64,000 nucleotides of DNA, taken from assembly GCA_963798845.1 (NCBI GenBank), contig CAWCUS010000001.1, positions 224,001-288,000 of the forward strand. The letters run 5' to 3'. Below are positions 17,973 to 27,997 of the stretch, in pieces (positions within the stretch are counted from its first letter, which is position 1; each line of letters begins with the position of its first letter). The translations under genes and the position numbers were made by a program. This DNA comes from an uncultured Gemmatimonadales bacterium (GTDB lineage Bacteria > Gemmatimonadota > Gemmatimonadetes > Longimicrobiales > RSA9). Below the pieces are notes generated by a model, which was given only the letters and a program-made list of their open reading frames with translations, had not been told where the DNA came from and did no database searches.

Positions 17973-20179
17973 GCCGACAGTTGCCGGCCGGGCTCGAAGA
18001 GGTCGGCATGAAGGAGGCGGTGGGCTACGCCACGATCGCCTGCCGTGGCGAGTCGGGGCTCGGGAACTCGCTGACGCTGAAGCAGGATCGTCTCTTCCTG
18101 GTGGCCGCCGAGCGGGGCGACATCGCGCCGCCGGGGCACTGCGGGTCCGGGCTGTTCCAGGATGATACGCGGTTCCTGAGCCATTACGCGCTTCGGGTGT
18201 CCGGCGGGACTGCATCACTGCTGTCGTCGCACGCGGGGTCCACCTACAGCGCGCAGATCGATCTGGCGGTGACGGACCGGGAGTTCGGGGGCGAGGATCC
18301 ACGGGCCAACCGCAACAGCGTGCACATCCGGCGAGAGATGGTGCTGAGCGACAGGCTGACGGAGCGCGTGACGCTGACCAACTACCTGACTCACGCCATA
18401 GACTACTGGGTCGAGCTCGCCACGGGAGTCGATTTCGCCGACATCTTCGAGGTGCGCGGCTGGCACAGGGACGTCCGCGGCCAGTTCTACGCACCGGTCG
18501 CCGGGCCGGAGGGGATCGACTACTGGTACAGAGGCACGGATGGCCTGCTGCTCCGGACTCGCGTTCGTTTCGCGACGGCACCCGACGCTGCCGGTCCGCA
18601 CGTTTCCCGATGGACGATGCGACTGGAGCCGGGGGAACCCCGGTCGCTGGAATGGGAGGTCCTCCCGGGTTTCGACCCTGACGACCGCACCGCGCAGCTG
18701 GGCGGGGACCTCGACGCCCGCGTCGCGCCGCTCGCCCGAAGCTACGACCGCTGGCGTGACGAGTGCACGCTGTGGCACAGCAATGTCGAAGCGTTCAACG
18801 CGACCGTCGACCAGGCCGTGGTCGACCTTCGCGCACTCTACGTGGAGGCGGACGGAACCGAGGTGATCTCGGCGGGCATCCCGTGGTACTCCACCGCGTT
18901 CGGCCGGGACTCGATCATCACGTCCTTGCAGACCCTTTCCGTCAACCCCCGCATCGCCTACGACACGCTCCGCTACCTCGCTCTATATCAGGGCGAACGG
19001 GAGGATGATTTCACGGAGGAGCAGCCGGGCCGGATCATGCACGAGATCCGGCGCGGCGAGATGGCCCGCAGCGGCGAGATCCCTCACGTCCCCTACTACG
19101 GCACTGTCAATGCGACGCCGCTCTGGCTCATTCTGCTGCACGAGACCTGGCGGTGGACCGGCAACGCCGAACTCGTGCGAGACCTGCTTCCCCAGGCCCG
19201 CCGGGCGCTCGACTGGATCGACCGCTACGGCGACCTCGATGGGGACGGACTCGTGGAATACGCCGGTCAGGCCGGCAAGGGGCTCGTCAACCAGGGATGG
19301 AAGGACTCCGGGGATGGCGTGCCCTTCCCGGACGGCACGCTCCCGGAGCCCCCGATCGCGCTGGTCGAGGTGCAGGGATACGTCCACGACGCCAAGGTGA
19401 GGACGGCGCAGCTTTTCGAGGCCTTCGGTCAGCAGGACGATGCGGACCGGGTGCGCGAGGAAGCGGCGGCGCTCCGCGACCGGATCCTGGCCCTATTCTG
19501 GGTGGAGGAACTGGGCACGTTCGCGCTGGCGCTGGATGGCCAGAAGCGACCCGTGCCCACCGTGACGAGCAACGCAGGGCACCTGCTCTGGAGCCGGGTT
19601 CCCACGCCGGAGCAGGCCACCCGCATGGCCCAGCTGTTCGGGGGCCCCGACATGTTCTCGGGATGGGGACTCCGGACGCTGAGCGCGGCGCACCCCGTGT
19701 TCAACCCGATGAGCTATCACAACGGCTCGATCTGGCCGCACGACAACGCGCTCGTCGGCCTGGGGCTCTCCCTGAGCGGGCACAAGAGCAGCGCGCTCCG
19801 CATCCTCACGGCGCTGCACCAGGCCGCCACCGGGCTCCGCTATCACCGGCTCCCCGAGCTGTTCTGCGGCATGGACCGCGGCCACGGCGAGGGTCCCGTC
19901 CTCTACCCCGTCAGCTGCTCTCCGCAGGCCTGGGCCGCCGGATCCCTGTTCATGCTGCTCCAGGCGGCGACCGGGATCCTGCCGGACGGCCCGGCCGGCG
20001 AGCTGCACATCCGGGACCCGCTTCTTCCCCTCTTCCTCGACACCCTTACGGTCACCGGGCTCCACGTCGGCCGCTCCCGCGTGACGCTCCAGTTCAGACG
20101 ACGGGGATCACGGACGCTCGCGAACCTGCTGGCCGTCGAGGGCGACCCGCTCCAGGTGAGGATCGAGCTGTCCAGCTGA
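17969..20179 (+). CDS. Amylo-alpha-1,6-glucosidase / glycogen-debranching-family glycoside hydrolase
   Basis: DTRFLS, AGIPWYSTAFGRDS, EQPGRIMHEIR, NQGWKDS, SYHNGSIWPHDN, RLPELFCG, PQAWA. Confidence 0.92.
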   Translation: MSRQLPAGLEEVGMKEAVGYATIACRGESGLGNSLTLKQDRLFLVAAERGDIAPPGHCGSGLFQDDTRFLSHYALRVSGGTASLLSSHAGSTYSAQIDLAVTDREFGGEDPRANRNSVHIRREMVLSDRLTERVTLTNYLTHAIDYWVELATGVDFADIFEVRGWHRDVRGQFYAPVAGPEGIDYWYRGTDGLLLRTRVRFATAPDAAGPHVSRWTMRLEPGEPRSLEWEVLPGFDPDDRTAQLGGDLDARVAPLARSYDRWRDECTLWHSNVEAFNATVDQAVVDLRALYVEADGTEVISAGIPWYSTAFGRDSIITSLQTLSVNPRIAYDTLRYLALYQGEREDDFTEEQPGRIMHEIRRGEMARSGEIPHVPYYGTVNATPLWLILLHETWRWTGNAELVRDLLPQARRALDWIDRYGDLDGDGLVEYAGQAGKGLVNQGWKDSGDGVPFPDGTLPEPPIALVEVQGYVHDAKVRTAQLFEAFGQQDDADRVREEAAALRDRILALFWVEELGTFALALDGQKRPVPTVTSNAGHLLWSRVPTPEQATRMAQLFGGPDMFSGWGLRTLSAAHPVFNPMSYHNGSIWPHDNALVGLGLSLSGHKSSALRILTALHQAATGLRYHRLPELFCGMDRGHGEGPVLYPVSCSPQAWAAGSLFMLLQAATGILPDGPAGELHIRDPLLPLFLDTLTVTGLHVGRSRVTLQFRRRGSRTLANLLAVEGDPLQVRIELSS

Positions 20180-20329
20180 GATGGCATGGGCCGACCGCGG
20201 CAACGGTCCGGGGCCCTGTCCGCGGGTGTCCTTCCCGTGTCTTCCGGGAACCGGTTCGTCACAAGACCGTTGATCGCGTGCGTGCACGGCCGGAAGTTGG
20301 GTGAGGGCCCCCCCACGCACGGAGACGCA

Positions 20330-22750
20330 TTGTTCCTCGATCGCGCGCGCCAGGACACCCGCCACGCCCTCCGCTCGCTGCGAAGGAACCCCGGCTTCAC
20401 CGCCGTGGTCATCCTCACGCTCGCGGTAGGGGTCGCGGCCAGCGTGACCGTCTTCAGCGTCCTGAACCCGTACCTGCTGCGTCCGCTCCCGTACGGGGCC
20501 CCCGACCGGCTGCTCCAGGTGGAGCAGGTGGACCCCGCGACCGGTGAAGACCGCGCCCGCTTCTCGCTGCCCCAATGGGCCGACTGGCGCGAGCGCAGTG
20601 CGGCGTTCCGCGACCTGGCGGCGTACCGCTACACCACGGTGAACGTGACCGGTACGACGCGGGCCGAGCGGGTCCTGGCTGGCTTCACGACCGGGAACCT
20701 CTTCGCCGTCCTGGGCGTGACACCGGAGCTCGGGCGCGCCTACAGCGAGGCCGACCAGGGGCCCGGCGCCGAGCCGGTGGTGGTCCTGTCGCACGCGCTC
20801 TGGGCCGCTCGTTACGGCGCCGATCCGGCGATCATCGGGCGACCGGTGCGCGTCGACGGCGCCGTCCACACCGTGGTCGGCGTGATGCCGCCGGAGTTCA
20901 ACTTTCCGTGGAACGAAGTGCGGATGTGGGTGCCGCTCAGGGAGGCGCCCGCGTCCGTGGCCCGCGACCACCGGAGCCTGATCCTGGTGGGGCGCCTGAG
21001 CCCGGGAGTCCGGCACGAGGCGGCGCGCGAGGAGCTGCTGGCCATCCAGCGCGAACTCGGCGAGCGCTACCCGGACGTCGACGGCCAGTACAGGGGCGTG
21101 ACCGTGCGACCGCTCCGTGAGGCGCTGAACTTCGCATGGCCTGTCGTGCGCGTGGGCCTCACCCTGCTCCTGGCCGCCGTGGCCAGCCTGCTGCTGATCG
21201 CCTGCGTGAACGTGGCCAGCCTCACTCTCGCCCGGGCTACCACGCGCTCCCGCGAGGCGGCCGTGCGCCGCGCACTCGGCGCGGGCTCCCGCCGTCTCGT
21301 GGCCCAGCTGCTCACGGAAAGCGCGGTTCTCGCCGCCGTGGCCGGCACGCTCGGCGTCGCCCTGGCCTGGCTCGCCATGCGGGCTCTCGCCCCCGCGCTC
21401 CCGGAAGCGCTCTTCCGAGTCGGCACCACCACCCTCGACTGGCGCGTGCTCGCGTTCGCCGTGGCCGTGGCCGCGCTCACACCTCTCGCCTTCGGCCTCG
21501 CGCCCGCGCTCGCCACCTCCCGGATCCCTCCCGCGGACGCCATGCGCGGCACCGGCCGGGGGAGCGGAGGGCGCCGGAGCATGCGCGCCCGACGAGCGCT
21601 GGTTTCGATCGAGGTCGCCCTGGCGGTCACCCTAGTGACGCTCGCATCGCTCCTGTTCCGCAGCTTCGCCGCCGTGCACGCCGTGGACCTCGGCTTCGAT
21701 GCTTCGACGATGGTCGTGCTGGAGGTGGCTCCGCCGGCCAGCGGCTACGCCAATGCGGACGCGCTCCGCACGTACTATGACCGCGCGCTCTCCGCCGTGG
21801 CGGCCGTGCCGGGCGTCACCGCTGCCGGGTTCACGGACCCGCTGCCGTTGAACCACGAGACGTTCACGGTCGCCTACGACGCCGGCGAGCGAATCGATCC
21901 GGATCGGGCGGACCGCGCCACGTACTCCCGTGTGAGCGCGGGGTACTTCACTGCGTCGGGGATCCGGCTCCTGGAGGGCGCCGGTCTCGAGGTGCTGGAC
22001 AGTCGCGACGGGGGTGCCGCGGTGATCGTGAGCCGCGCGCTGGCCGAGCGGGCCTGGCCCGGCTCGAGCGCGCTCGGACGGCGAGTCCGGTTCAGAGCGG
22101 GCGACGCGGCGGTGGATGCGACGGTCGTCGGCGTGGCCGAGGACATTCGCTGGCGCGACATCACCAGCGCCCCCGGACCCCACATCTACCGCGCCATGGC
22201 CCAATCGCCGGCACGCCGGCGCTTCATCATTGCCCGGGCCGCAGCGCCGACGGGCCCCGTGGCGCGGGCGGTGGCCTCGACGGTCGGGGCGCTCGACCCG
22301 GACGTGCCGGTGACGGTCCGGCCCATGACGGAGATCGTGCGAGAGAACGACTTCCAGTGGGCGCTCAGCTCCATCGCTGTGGGCGCATTCGGCGCTGTCG
22401 CGCTGCTGCTCGCGTCCATGGGGATCTACGGCGTGATCGCCTTCTCCGTGGCGCGGCGCAGGAGGGAGCTCGGGATACGGGCTGCCGTGGGCGCCACGGC
22501 CGGCCAGATCCGAAGCCTCGTCGTGCGCGACGGCGTACGCCTCGCCGCCTACGGGGTGGTCGCGGGGGCGCTCCTGGCTCTGGCCGCCGGGCGCCTCGTC
22601 GCCGGGTTCCTCTACGGCGTCCCCGCCGCCGATCCGGTCACCTTCGTGGGGGTCATCGCGCTGTTCGTACTGGTGGCCGCGACCGCCAGCCTGCTCCCGG
22701 CGCGCCGGGCGGCGCGGCTCGATCCGCAGGCGGTGCTTCGGGAGGAGTGA
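20330..22750 (+). CDS. ADOP-family duplicated MacB/FtsX-type ABC permease
   Basis: QDTRHALRSLRRNPGFT, LLIACVNVA, RRRELGIRAAVGA, PARRAARLDP..LREE; TTG start after GGAG inferred (ORF is open from 20186). Confidence 0.9.
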   Translation: MFLDRARQDTRHALRSLRRNPGFTAVVILTLAVGVAASVTVFSVLNPYLLRPLPYGAPDRLLQVEQVDPATGEDRARFSLPQWADWRERSAAFRDLAAYRYTTVNVTGTTRAERVLAGFTTGNLFAVLGVTPELGRAYSEADQGPGAEPVVVLSHALWAARYGADPAIIGRPVRVDGAVHTVVGVMPPEFNFPWNEVRMWVPLREAPASVARDHRSLILVGRLSPGVRHEAAREELLAIQRELGERYPDVDGQYRGVTVRPLREALNFAWPVVRVGLTLLLAAVASLLLIACVNVASLTLARATTRSREAAVRRALGAGSRRLVAQLLTESAVLAAVAGTLGVALAWLAMRALAPALPEALFRVGTTTLDWRVLAFAVAVAALTPLAFGLAPALATSRIPPADAMRGTGRGSGGRRSMRARRALVSIEVALAVTLVTLASLLFRSFAAVHAVDLGFDASTMVVLEVAPPASGYANADALRTYYDRALSAVAAVPGVTAAGFTDPLPLNHETFTVAYDAGERIDPDRADRATYSRVSAGYFTASGIRLLEGAGLEVLDSRDGGAAVIVSRALAERAWPGSSALGRRVRFRAGDAAVDATVVGVAEDIRWRDITSAPGPHIYRAMAQSPARRRFIIARAAAPTGPVARAVASTVGALDPDVPVTVRPMTEIVRENDFQWALSSIAVGAFGAVALLLASMGIYGVIAFSVARRRRELGIRAAVGATAGQIRSLVVRDGVRLAAYGVVAGALLALAAGRLVAGFLYGVPAADPVTFVGVIALFVLVAATASLLPARRAARLDPQAVLREE

Positions 22751-22756
22751 GGCGGT

Positions 22757-23776
22757 TCACGACGGGCCCCGCGGGCGGCGCGGGCGGCCGCGACGCCGGG
22801 GCGTGGCTCGAGCCGTCGTCGCCGGAGCGGTCCGCGTGAGGACCACCCCCACGCCCCCGAATGCGCCGTCGAGCGCCGCGGCGGCCGAGCGCGCAGTGGC
22901 TTCGTCGTCGAAGACGCCGAACACGGTCGAGCCGCTCCCGGCCAGCAGCGCGATCCTCGCGCCTTTCCCGCGCAGCAGGTCGCGAAGCTCTCGCAGGAAC
23001 GGGTAACGGTGGAACAGCGCGGGCTCGAAGTCGTTCTTCGCCCGACCCTCGATCTCGTTCCATGCCAGGGACTCCGGCACCCGGCTGACCGGAGGCCCCG
23101 CCCCCACCGAGGGCCCGCCGCGCCCGTCGTCGCCCGCCCCGTCCTCCTGCATCCCGGCGCCGCGCCGGTCGGGCTCCGCCGCGCCCCGCGCCTCGTCCAG
23201 CCAGGCGTACGCCGCCGGCGTCGGGACGTGGACGGGCGGGAGCGCCAGCACCACGGGGCGGGATTCCGGGGGAGCCAGCTGCATCAGCCGGTCCCCGCGG
23301 CCGGTCCCGACGGCGAGCGGGGCGCCGGAAACGAAAAAGGGGATGTCGCTCCCGAGTTTCCGGGCCACCTGCAGCAGGGCCGCGCCGTCCAATCGGCCGC
23401 GCCACAGGCGCGCCATGGCGAGGAGGGTGGCGGCGGCGTCGCTGGACCCGCCGCCCAGCCCGGCGCCCGTCGGGATGCGCTTTGTAAGGGCGATCTCCAC
23501 ACCCGCCGGCGTCCCGGCCGCCCGGGCGAACGCGGACGCGGCCCGCAAGGCCAGGTTCCTCTCCGGCGGCCCCATGTCCGGCAGCGCGGTGAGCGGGGCG
23601 GCGAAGCCTGGGCGGAGCTCGGCGGCGGGAAGGTCGGGTCGCTGCCGGACGGTGACCTCATCGCCCAGCTCCAGGGCGCAGTAGAGGGTGTCCAGCGGAT
23701 GGTAGCCGTCCGCTCCGACCGCGCCGATCCGCAGCCAGAGGTTGACCTTGGCCGCGGCAGGGACCGTGACGGTCAT
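22757..23776 (-). CDS. ispE: 4-diphosphocytidyl-2-C-methyl-D-erythritol kinase
   Basis: AKVNLWL, KRIPTGAGLGGGSSDAA, GSDIPFF, GSGSTVFG. Confidence 0.93.
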   Translation of the reverse strand: MTVTVPAAAKVNLWLRIGAVGADGYHPLDTLYCALELGDEVTVRQRPDLPAAELRPGFAAPLTALPDMGPPERNLALRAASAFARAAGTPAGVEIALTKRIPTGAGLGGGSSDAAATLLAMARLWRGRLDGAALLQVARKLGSDIPFFVSGAPLAVGTGRGDRLMQLAPPESRPVVLALPPVHVPTPAAYAWLDEARGAAEPDRRGAGMQEDGAGDDGRGGPSVGAGPPVSRVPESLAWNEIEGRAKNDFEPALFHRYPFLRELRDLLRGKGARIALLAGSGSTVFGVFDDEATARSAAAALDGAFGGVGVVLTRTAPATTARATPRRRGRPRRPRGPS

Positions 23777-24876
23777 GGCTTCGAGAGCCCGGCCTCCGGC
23801 GACGTCGTCTCTTCCGACCTCGCCTCCACCGCCTCCTCGACGGCGATCTCGCTGCGGCCCATGTCCGACCACGACAGCCCGGCCCGCCACAGATAGTAGA
23901 GCCCGAGCGCGGTCACGGGGATGAACCCGGCCAGGTGGAGGCCCAGGGCGAACGCCACCGCGCGCGACGAGTCCACGCCCCACACCTGGACCAGTCCGAC
24001 GCGGGCCGCGGCCTCGAACACGCCGAAGAAGCCCGGCGCCGAGGGCAGCGACACCGCGAGCGCGATGATGGACTGAAGGAAAACCGCGGCGATGAACGGG
24101 GCATGAATCCCGAACGCGTGGAAGCCGATCCAGGTGGCCACGGCCACGTTGAGCCACAGCACGATCGACCACGCCAGAACCTGGAGCAGCAGCCGCCAGT
24201 CGCGCAGCGCAGCCGTCCCGTCGAGGAAGGCCGCCAGGGCGTCGATCACCAGTCGCCGCAGGCGGCGGGGGAGGATGCGGGCAACCGTGCGCTCGAACAC
24301 CCGCACGGACGTGGCGGGCCAGGTCGCCATCAGCAGCAGGACGACGAACCCCCCGGCGAGCACCGCGGCAGCGCCGGCCGCGATCGAGCCGAAGTCCTGA
24401 CCGGGCATCTCGGGGAAGCCCGGCCAGCCGAGCGCGATGAAGAGGAGCGCGACCACCATCAGCGCGTCGAAAAGCCGCTCCACCACGAGCGACCCGAACG
24501 CGGCGGACGCACGCACTGGCTCGAAGCGGGTGATGGCGTAAGCCCGCGCGAACTCCCCCACTCTGGCGGGGAGCAGGTTGTTCGCCATGAACCCGATGCA
24601 CGTGGCGGCGTAGCGCGGCCGGAAGCGAGTGCCGGGGAAGGCCGGGCGGAGCAGCGGGCGCCAGCGGAACGCGCGCAGCGGGAAGGGCAGCGTGAGAGCG
24701 ATGGAGGTGAGGATGAGCAGCGGTACGTTGGCCGCACGGATCTCGTGCCAGACCTCGGCCAGATCCACGTCCCGGAACGTGTACCAGAGGAGCACCAGGC
24801 TGAGCAGCACGCCCAGCACCCCTTTCCAATCGAGGAAAGGGCGCCGCCGGATCGGCGCGGCGCCGGCCGCCGTCAC
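23773..24876 (-). CDS. Lysylphosphatidylglycerol synthase TM-region (UPF0104) flippase-like protein
   Basis: RAFRW, ANNLLPARVGEFAR, VERLFD, PSAPG. Confidence 0.88.
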   Translation of the reverse strand: MTAAGAAPIRRRPFLDWKGVLGVLLSLVLLWYTFRDVDLAEVWHEIRAANVPLLILTSIALTLPFPLRAFRWRPLLRPAFPGTRFRPRYAATCIGFMANNLLPARVGEFARAYAITRFEPVRASAAFGSLVVERLFDALMVVALLFIALGWPGFPEMPGQDFGSIAAGAAAVLAGGFVVLLLMATWPATSVRVFERTVARILPRRLRRLVIDALAAFLDGTAALRDWRLLLQVLAWSIVLWLNVAVATWIGFHAFGIHAPFIAAVFLQSIIALAVSLPSAPGFFGVFEAAARVGLVQVWGVDSSRAVAFALGLHLAGFIPVTALGLYYLWRAGLSWSDMGRSEIAVEEAVEARSEETTSPEAGLSKP

Positions 24877-25058
24877 TTCATCCCCAGCCGGATCAGGTCG
24901 AACAGCTCGTCGAGGATCGGGCCCACGGGCGCGTCGGAGACCAGCGCGTCCTCCAGCGCCGTGCGCAGGTCCAGCGCGCGCTGGAGGGCCGGGCCGGGGG
25001 CGTATTCGAGCGTGCCAATGTCCACCTCGGGGGACGGGTCAGGCTCCTTCGCTTCCAT
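24873..25058 (-). CDS. Small hypothetical protein (61 aa)
   Basis: SD AGAGGA; fills the gap within the operon with a GTGA overlap; amphipathic helix. Confidence 0.65.
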   Translation of the reverse strand: MEAKEPDPSPEVDIGTLEYAPGPALQRALDLRTALEDALVSDAPVGPILDELFDLIRLGMK

Positions 25059-25073
25059 GGACTGTCCTCTGCT

Positions 25074-25811
25074 TCAGCAATGACTCGACGGACGCGCGGC
25101 GGCAATGAGCGCCTTCATCTCACGGACGGCCGCCTCAATGCCGGTGAATACCGCGCGGCTGATCACGCTATGGCCAATGTTCAGCTCTTCCACCTCTTCG
25201 ATTCCGGCCACGGCGGCGGAGTTCTCGTACGTGAGCCCGTGACCGGCGTGCACGTCCAGCCCCAGCGAGCGACCGAGCGCCGCCGCACGACGCAGCCGGT
25301 CCAGCTCCGCGGATGCTCCCCGCCCCGGACGCCAGGCGTTGGCATACTCGCCCGTGTGCAGCTCGACGGCATCCACGCCCAGCTCCGCGGCACGCCGCAG
25401 CGTATCCGGATCCGGATCCACGAAGAGCGAGGAGCGGACGCAGGCCTCGCGCAGCCGCTCCAGCGCCGCCGCGAGACGGCTCGTGTCACCGGCGAGTGAC
25501 AGACCGCCCTCCGTCGTGACCTCCTCGCGACGCTCCGGCACCAGCGTCGCCGCCATCGGCTTCAACTCCTGGGCGAGCGCCACCATCTCGTCCGTCCCGG
25601 CCATCTCCAGGTTGACTCCGGTGCGCGCCGTTTCCATGAGCAGCCGCACGTCCCGATCCTGGATGTGGCGGCGGTCCTCGCGCAGGTGCACCGTGATCCC
25701 GTCCGCGCCGCCGAGCTCGGCCAGGACCGCGGCACGCACCGGGTCCGGCTCGTTCGTGCGACGGGCCTGCCGGACCGTGGCCACATGGTCAATGTTGATG
25801 TGGAGGCGCAT
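25074..25811 (-). CDS. pdxJ: Pyridoxine 5'-phosphate synthase
   Basis: [40 protein letters not shown]. Confidence 0.97.
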   Translation of the reverse strand: MRLHINIDHVATVRQARRTNEPDPVRAAVLAELGGADGITVHLREDRRHIQDRDVRLLMETARTGVNLEMAGTDEMVALAQELKPMAATLVPERREEVTTEGGLSLAGDTSRLAAALERLREACVRSSLFVDPDPDTLRRAAELGVDAVELHTGEYANAWRPGRGASAELDRLRRAAALGRSLGLDVHAGHGLTYENSAAVAGIEEVEELNIGHSVISRAVFTGIEAAVREMKALIAAARPSSHC

Positions 25812-26680
25812 TACTCGCCCAGGAGTGCTTCCAGCTGCTCCGCCCGCTCAGGATCGAGCCCGGCGCCGCGGGCGAGCTGAAGGGTTTCCAGCCCGACCGC
25901 GCAATATAGGCGTCGCTCCCGTCCCGACAACCGGGACAGGTGCAGCCTCACGGTGTCCAGGTCGCCCCGAGCCACCGGCCCGGTGAGGGCAGCGCCGAAG
26001 CCAAGCTGCTCCACGTTGTCCATGGTGCCGCGCATGAGTGGGAGCGCGGCGGCCACGGCCTCATCCTCGGGGATTCCCGCCTCCGCGAGCGTGCGGGCCA
26101 CCACGGCCGCCGCGGCCAGCACGTAATTGGAGGCGAAAACCGCCGCTGCATGGTACAGCGGGCGGAGCGTCGGCGGGATGACCAGGGCCCGCCCTTGCAG
26201 CGCATCCACGACCCGGCGGGCGGCCGTCAGGGCCGCGGGCTCCCCGGCCACCGCGTACGCGCACCCGACAAGGCGGTCGGCGCCGGACCACGGGTCCGCG
26301 ACGGTCTGCAACGGGTGGATGGAGCCCACCGTGTACCCGGCGGCGTGGAGCGGGGCGAGGACGTCCGTGGAGAGCGCGCCGGAAAGGTGGAGCGCCGCGC
26401 AACCGCCTGGGTGCGGACCGCCGAGCGCCACCTGGTTCGCCACCTCCGGCAGTGCGTCGTCGGGCACCGCCAGCAGGAGCACCGTGGTGTTGTCGGGCAC
26501 CGGACCGTACCCCATGCGGTACGACACGTGCTCGGCCGCGCCGTCGAAGAGCGGGTGCGGCGGCGCCTCCGGGGAGCGACCGAAGAAGACCAGGCTTTCC
26601 GCTTCCCGGGCATGATTCAGCGCCACCCCCAGCGCCAGGCCCATGCGGCCCGGCCCCACCACCGCAATCCGCTCGCTCAT
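25811..26680 (-). CDS. Rossmann-like/DUF2520 oxidoreductase
   Basis: [43 protein letters not shown]. Confidence 0.88.
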   Translation of the reverse strand: MSERIAVVGPGRMGLALGVALNHAREAESLVFFGRSPEAPPHPLFDGAAEHVSYRMGYGPVPDNTTVLLLAVPDDALPEVANQVALGGPHPGGCAALHLSGALSTDVLAPLHAAGYTVGSIHPLQTVADPWSGADRLVGCAYAVAGEPAALTAARRVVDALQGRALVIPPTLRPLYHAAAVFASNYVLAAAAVVARTLAEAGIPEDEAVAAALPLMRGTMDNVEQLGFGAALTGPVARGDLDTVRLHLSRLSGRERRLYCAVGLETLQLARGAGLDPERAEQLEALLGE

Positions 26681-27990
26681 GCCGCCCCGTTGATCTGGAT
26701 CCCTTCGCGCTGGCGGAGCCGCCCCAGCGTTGGCTGCGGGATCCTGGCTCGCAGGTCGATGATCGTTCCGCGCTCCTCCCGGCTGATCACCTCTCCCTCC
26801 CGGTACACCGTGGCCAGGCTCTCGCCGTCGGCGGCCGGGATCAGCAGCTGCACTTCCGGCCGCTGGCTCCGTACCTGGCCCTCCAGCAGCTCGACGATCT
26901 CCCGCAGGCCGTCGCGCTCCACCGTGGAGGTGAAGACCGCCGGCTCGGCGAACATCGCCCGCGCGTTGGCCCGCAGCGCGGCCTCCTCGTCGTGCGTGAG
27001 CTGATCGACCTTGTTGAACACGAGGGCGAGGGGGACGTCATCGAGATCGAGATCGGTGAGGACGCCCTCCACCACCGTCTTCTGCTCCTCCCAGCGCGGG
27101 TGTGAGCCGTCAATGACGTGGAGCAGGACGTCGGCCTCCGAGGCCTCTTCCAGGGTAGCGCGGAACGACGCGACCAGGTGGTGTGGCAGCTTGCGGATGA
27201 AGCCGACCGTGTCCGTCACCAGCACCTTCGACCCCATGGGCAGCTCCACCTGCCGCGTGGCCGGATCGAGGGTGGCGAACAGCCGGTCCTCGATGAACAG
27301 CTCCGCACCCGAGAGCGACCTCAGCAGGCTGGATTTCCCCGCGTTCGTGTATCCGACCAGCGCCGCCTGGAACTCGCCCGACCGCCCCTTCCGCTGCGTC
27401 GCGCGGCGGCGTGCCACGATCTCCAGCTTGTCCCGCAGGTCGCTGATCCGCCGGCTGATGATCCGACGGTCGGTCTCCAGCTGCGTCTCGCCAGGACCTC
27501 GCAACCCGATTCCACCCCGGATCCGCGACAGGTGGGTCCACATCCGCTTGAGACGCGGGAGCAGGTACTCGAGCTGCGCCAGCTCCACCTGGAGCTGCGC
27601 CTCGTTCGTCCTTGCCCGCGTGGCGAAGATGTCCAGGATCAGCTCCGTCCTGTCCATGATCCGGACGTCCAGGAGGTCCTCCAGATTCTTGCCCTGCGCC
27701 GGCGTCAGCTCGTCGTCGAAGATCACGAGCGTCGCGCCACGGTCCCGCACCACCTGGCCCAGCTGCTTCGCCTTCCCTTCCCCGATGAAGTACCGCGGGT
27801 GCGGCGCCGAGAGCCTCTGGATCAGCACGGCTACGACGCTGGCGCCGGCCGTGTCGCTGAGCCGACCCAGCTCTTCCAGGTGCTCGTCCGCCTGCTCAGG
27901 CGATACTCCCGCCGTCGGTGCCCCCACCAGCACCGCGCACTCCTCAGGCGTTTCGAGCGAGATGATCTCTCTTATGGATGCCTCCTCCAA
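26677..27990 (-). CDS. hflX: GTPase HflX
   Basis: RGPGETQLETDRR, GYTNAGKSS, LFATLDP, DTVGFI, NKVD. Confidence 0.96.
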   Translation of the reverse strand: MEEASIREIISLETPEECAVLVGAPTAGVSPEQADEHLEELGRLSDTAGASVVAVLIQRLSAPHPRYFIGEGKAKQLGQVVRDRGATLVIFDDELTPAQGKNLEDLLDVRIMDRTELILDIFATRARTNEAQLQVELAQLEYLLPRLKRMWTHLSRIRGGIGLRGPGETQLETDRRIISRRISDLRDKLEIVARRRATQRKGRSGEFQAALVGYTNAGKSSLLRSLSGAELFIEDRLFATLDPATRQVELPMGSKVLVTDTVGFIRKLPHHLVASFRATLEEASEADVLLHVIDGSHPRWEEQKTVVEGVLTDLDLDDVPLALVFNKVDQLTHDEEAALRANARAMFAEPAVFTSTVERDGLREIVELLEGQVRSQRPEVQLLIPAADGESLATVYREGEVISREERGTIIDLRARIPQPTLGRLRQREGIQINGAA

Positions 27991-27997
27991 ATGACCG

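Noticed and set aside
23090..23190. Gly-rich insertion in IspE as an intein or mobile insert
   Set aside because: Short low-complexity loop with no splicing motifs or flanking repeats.
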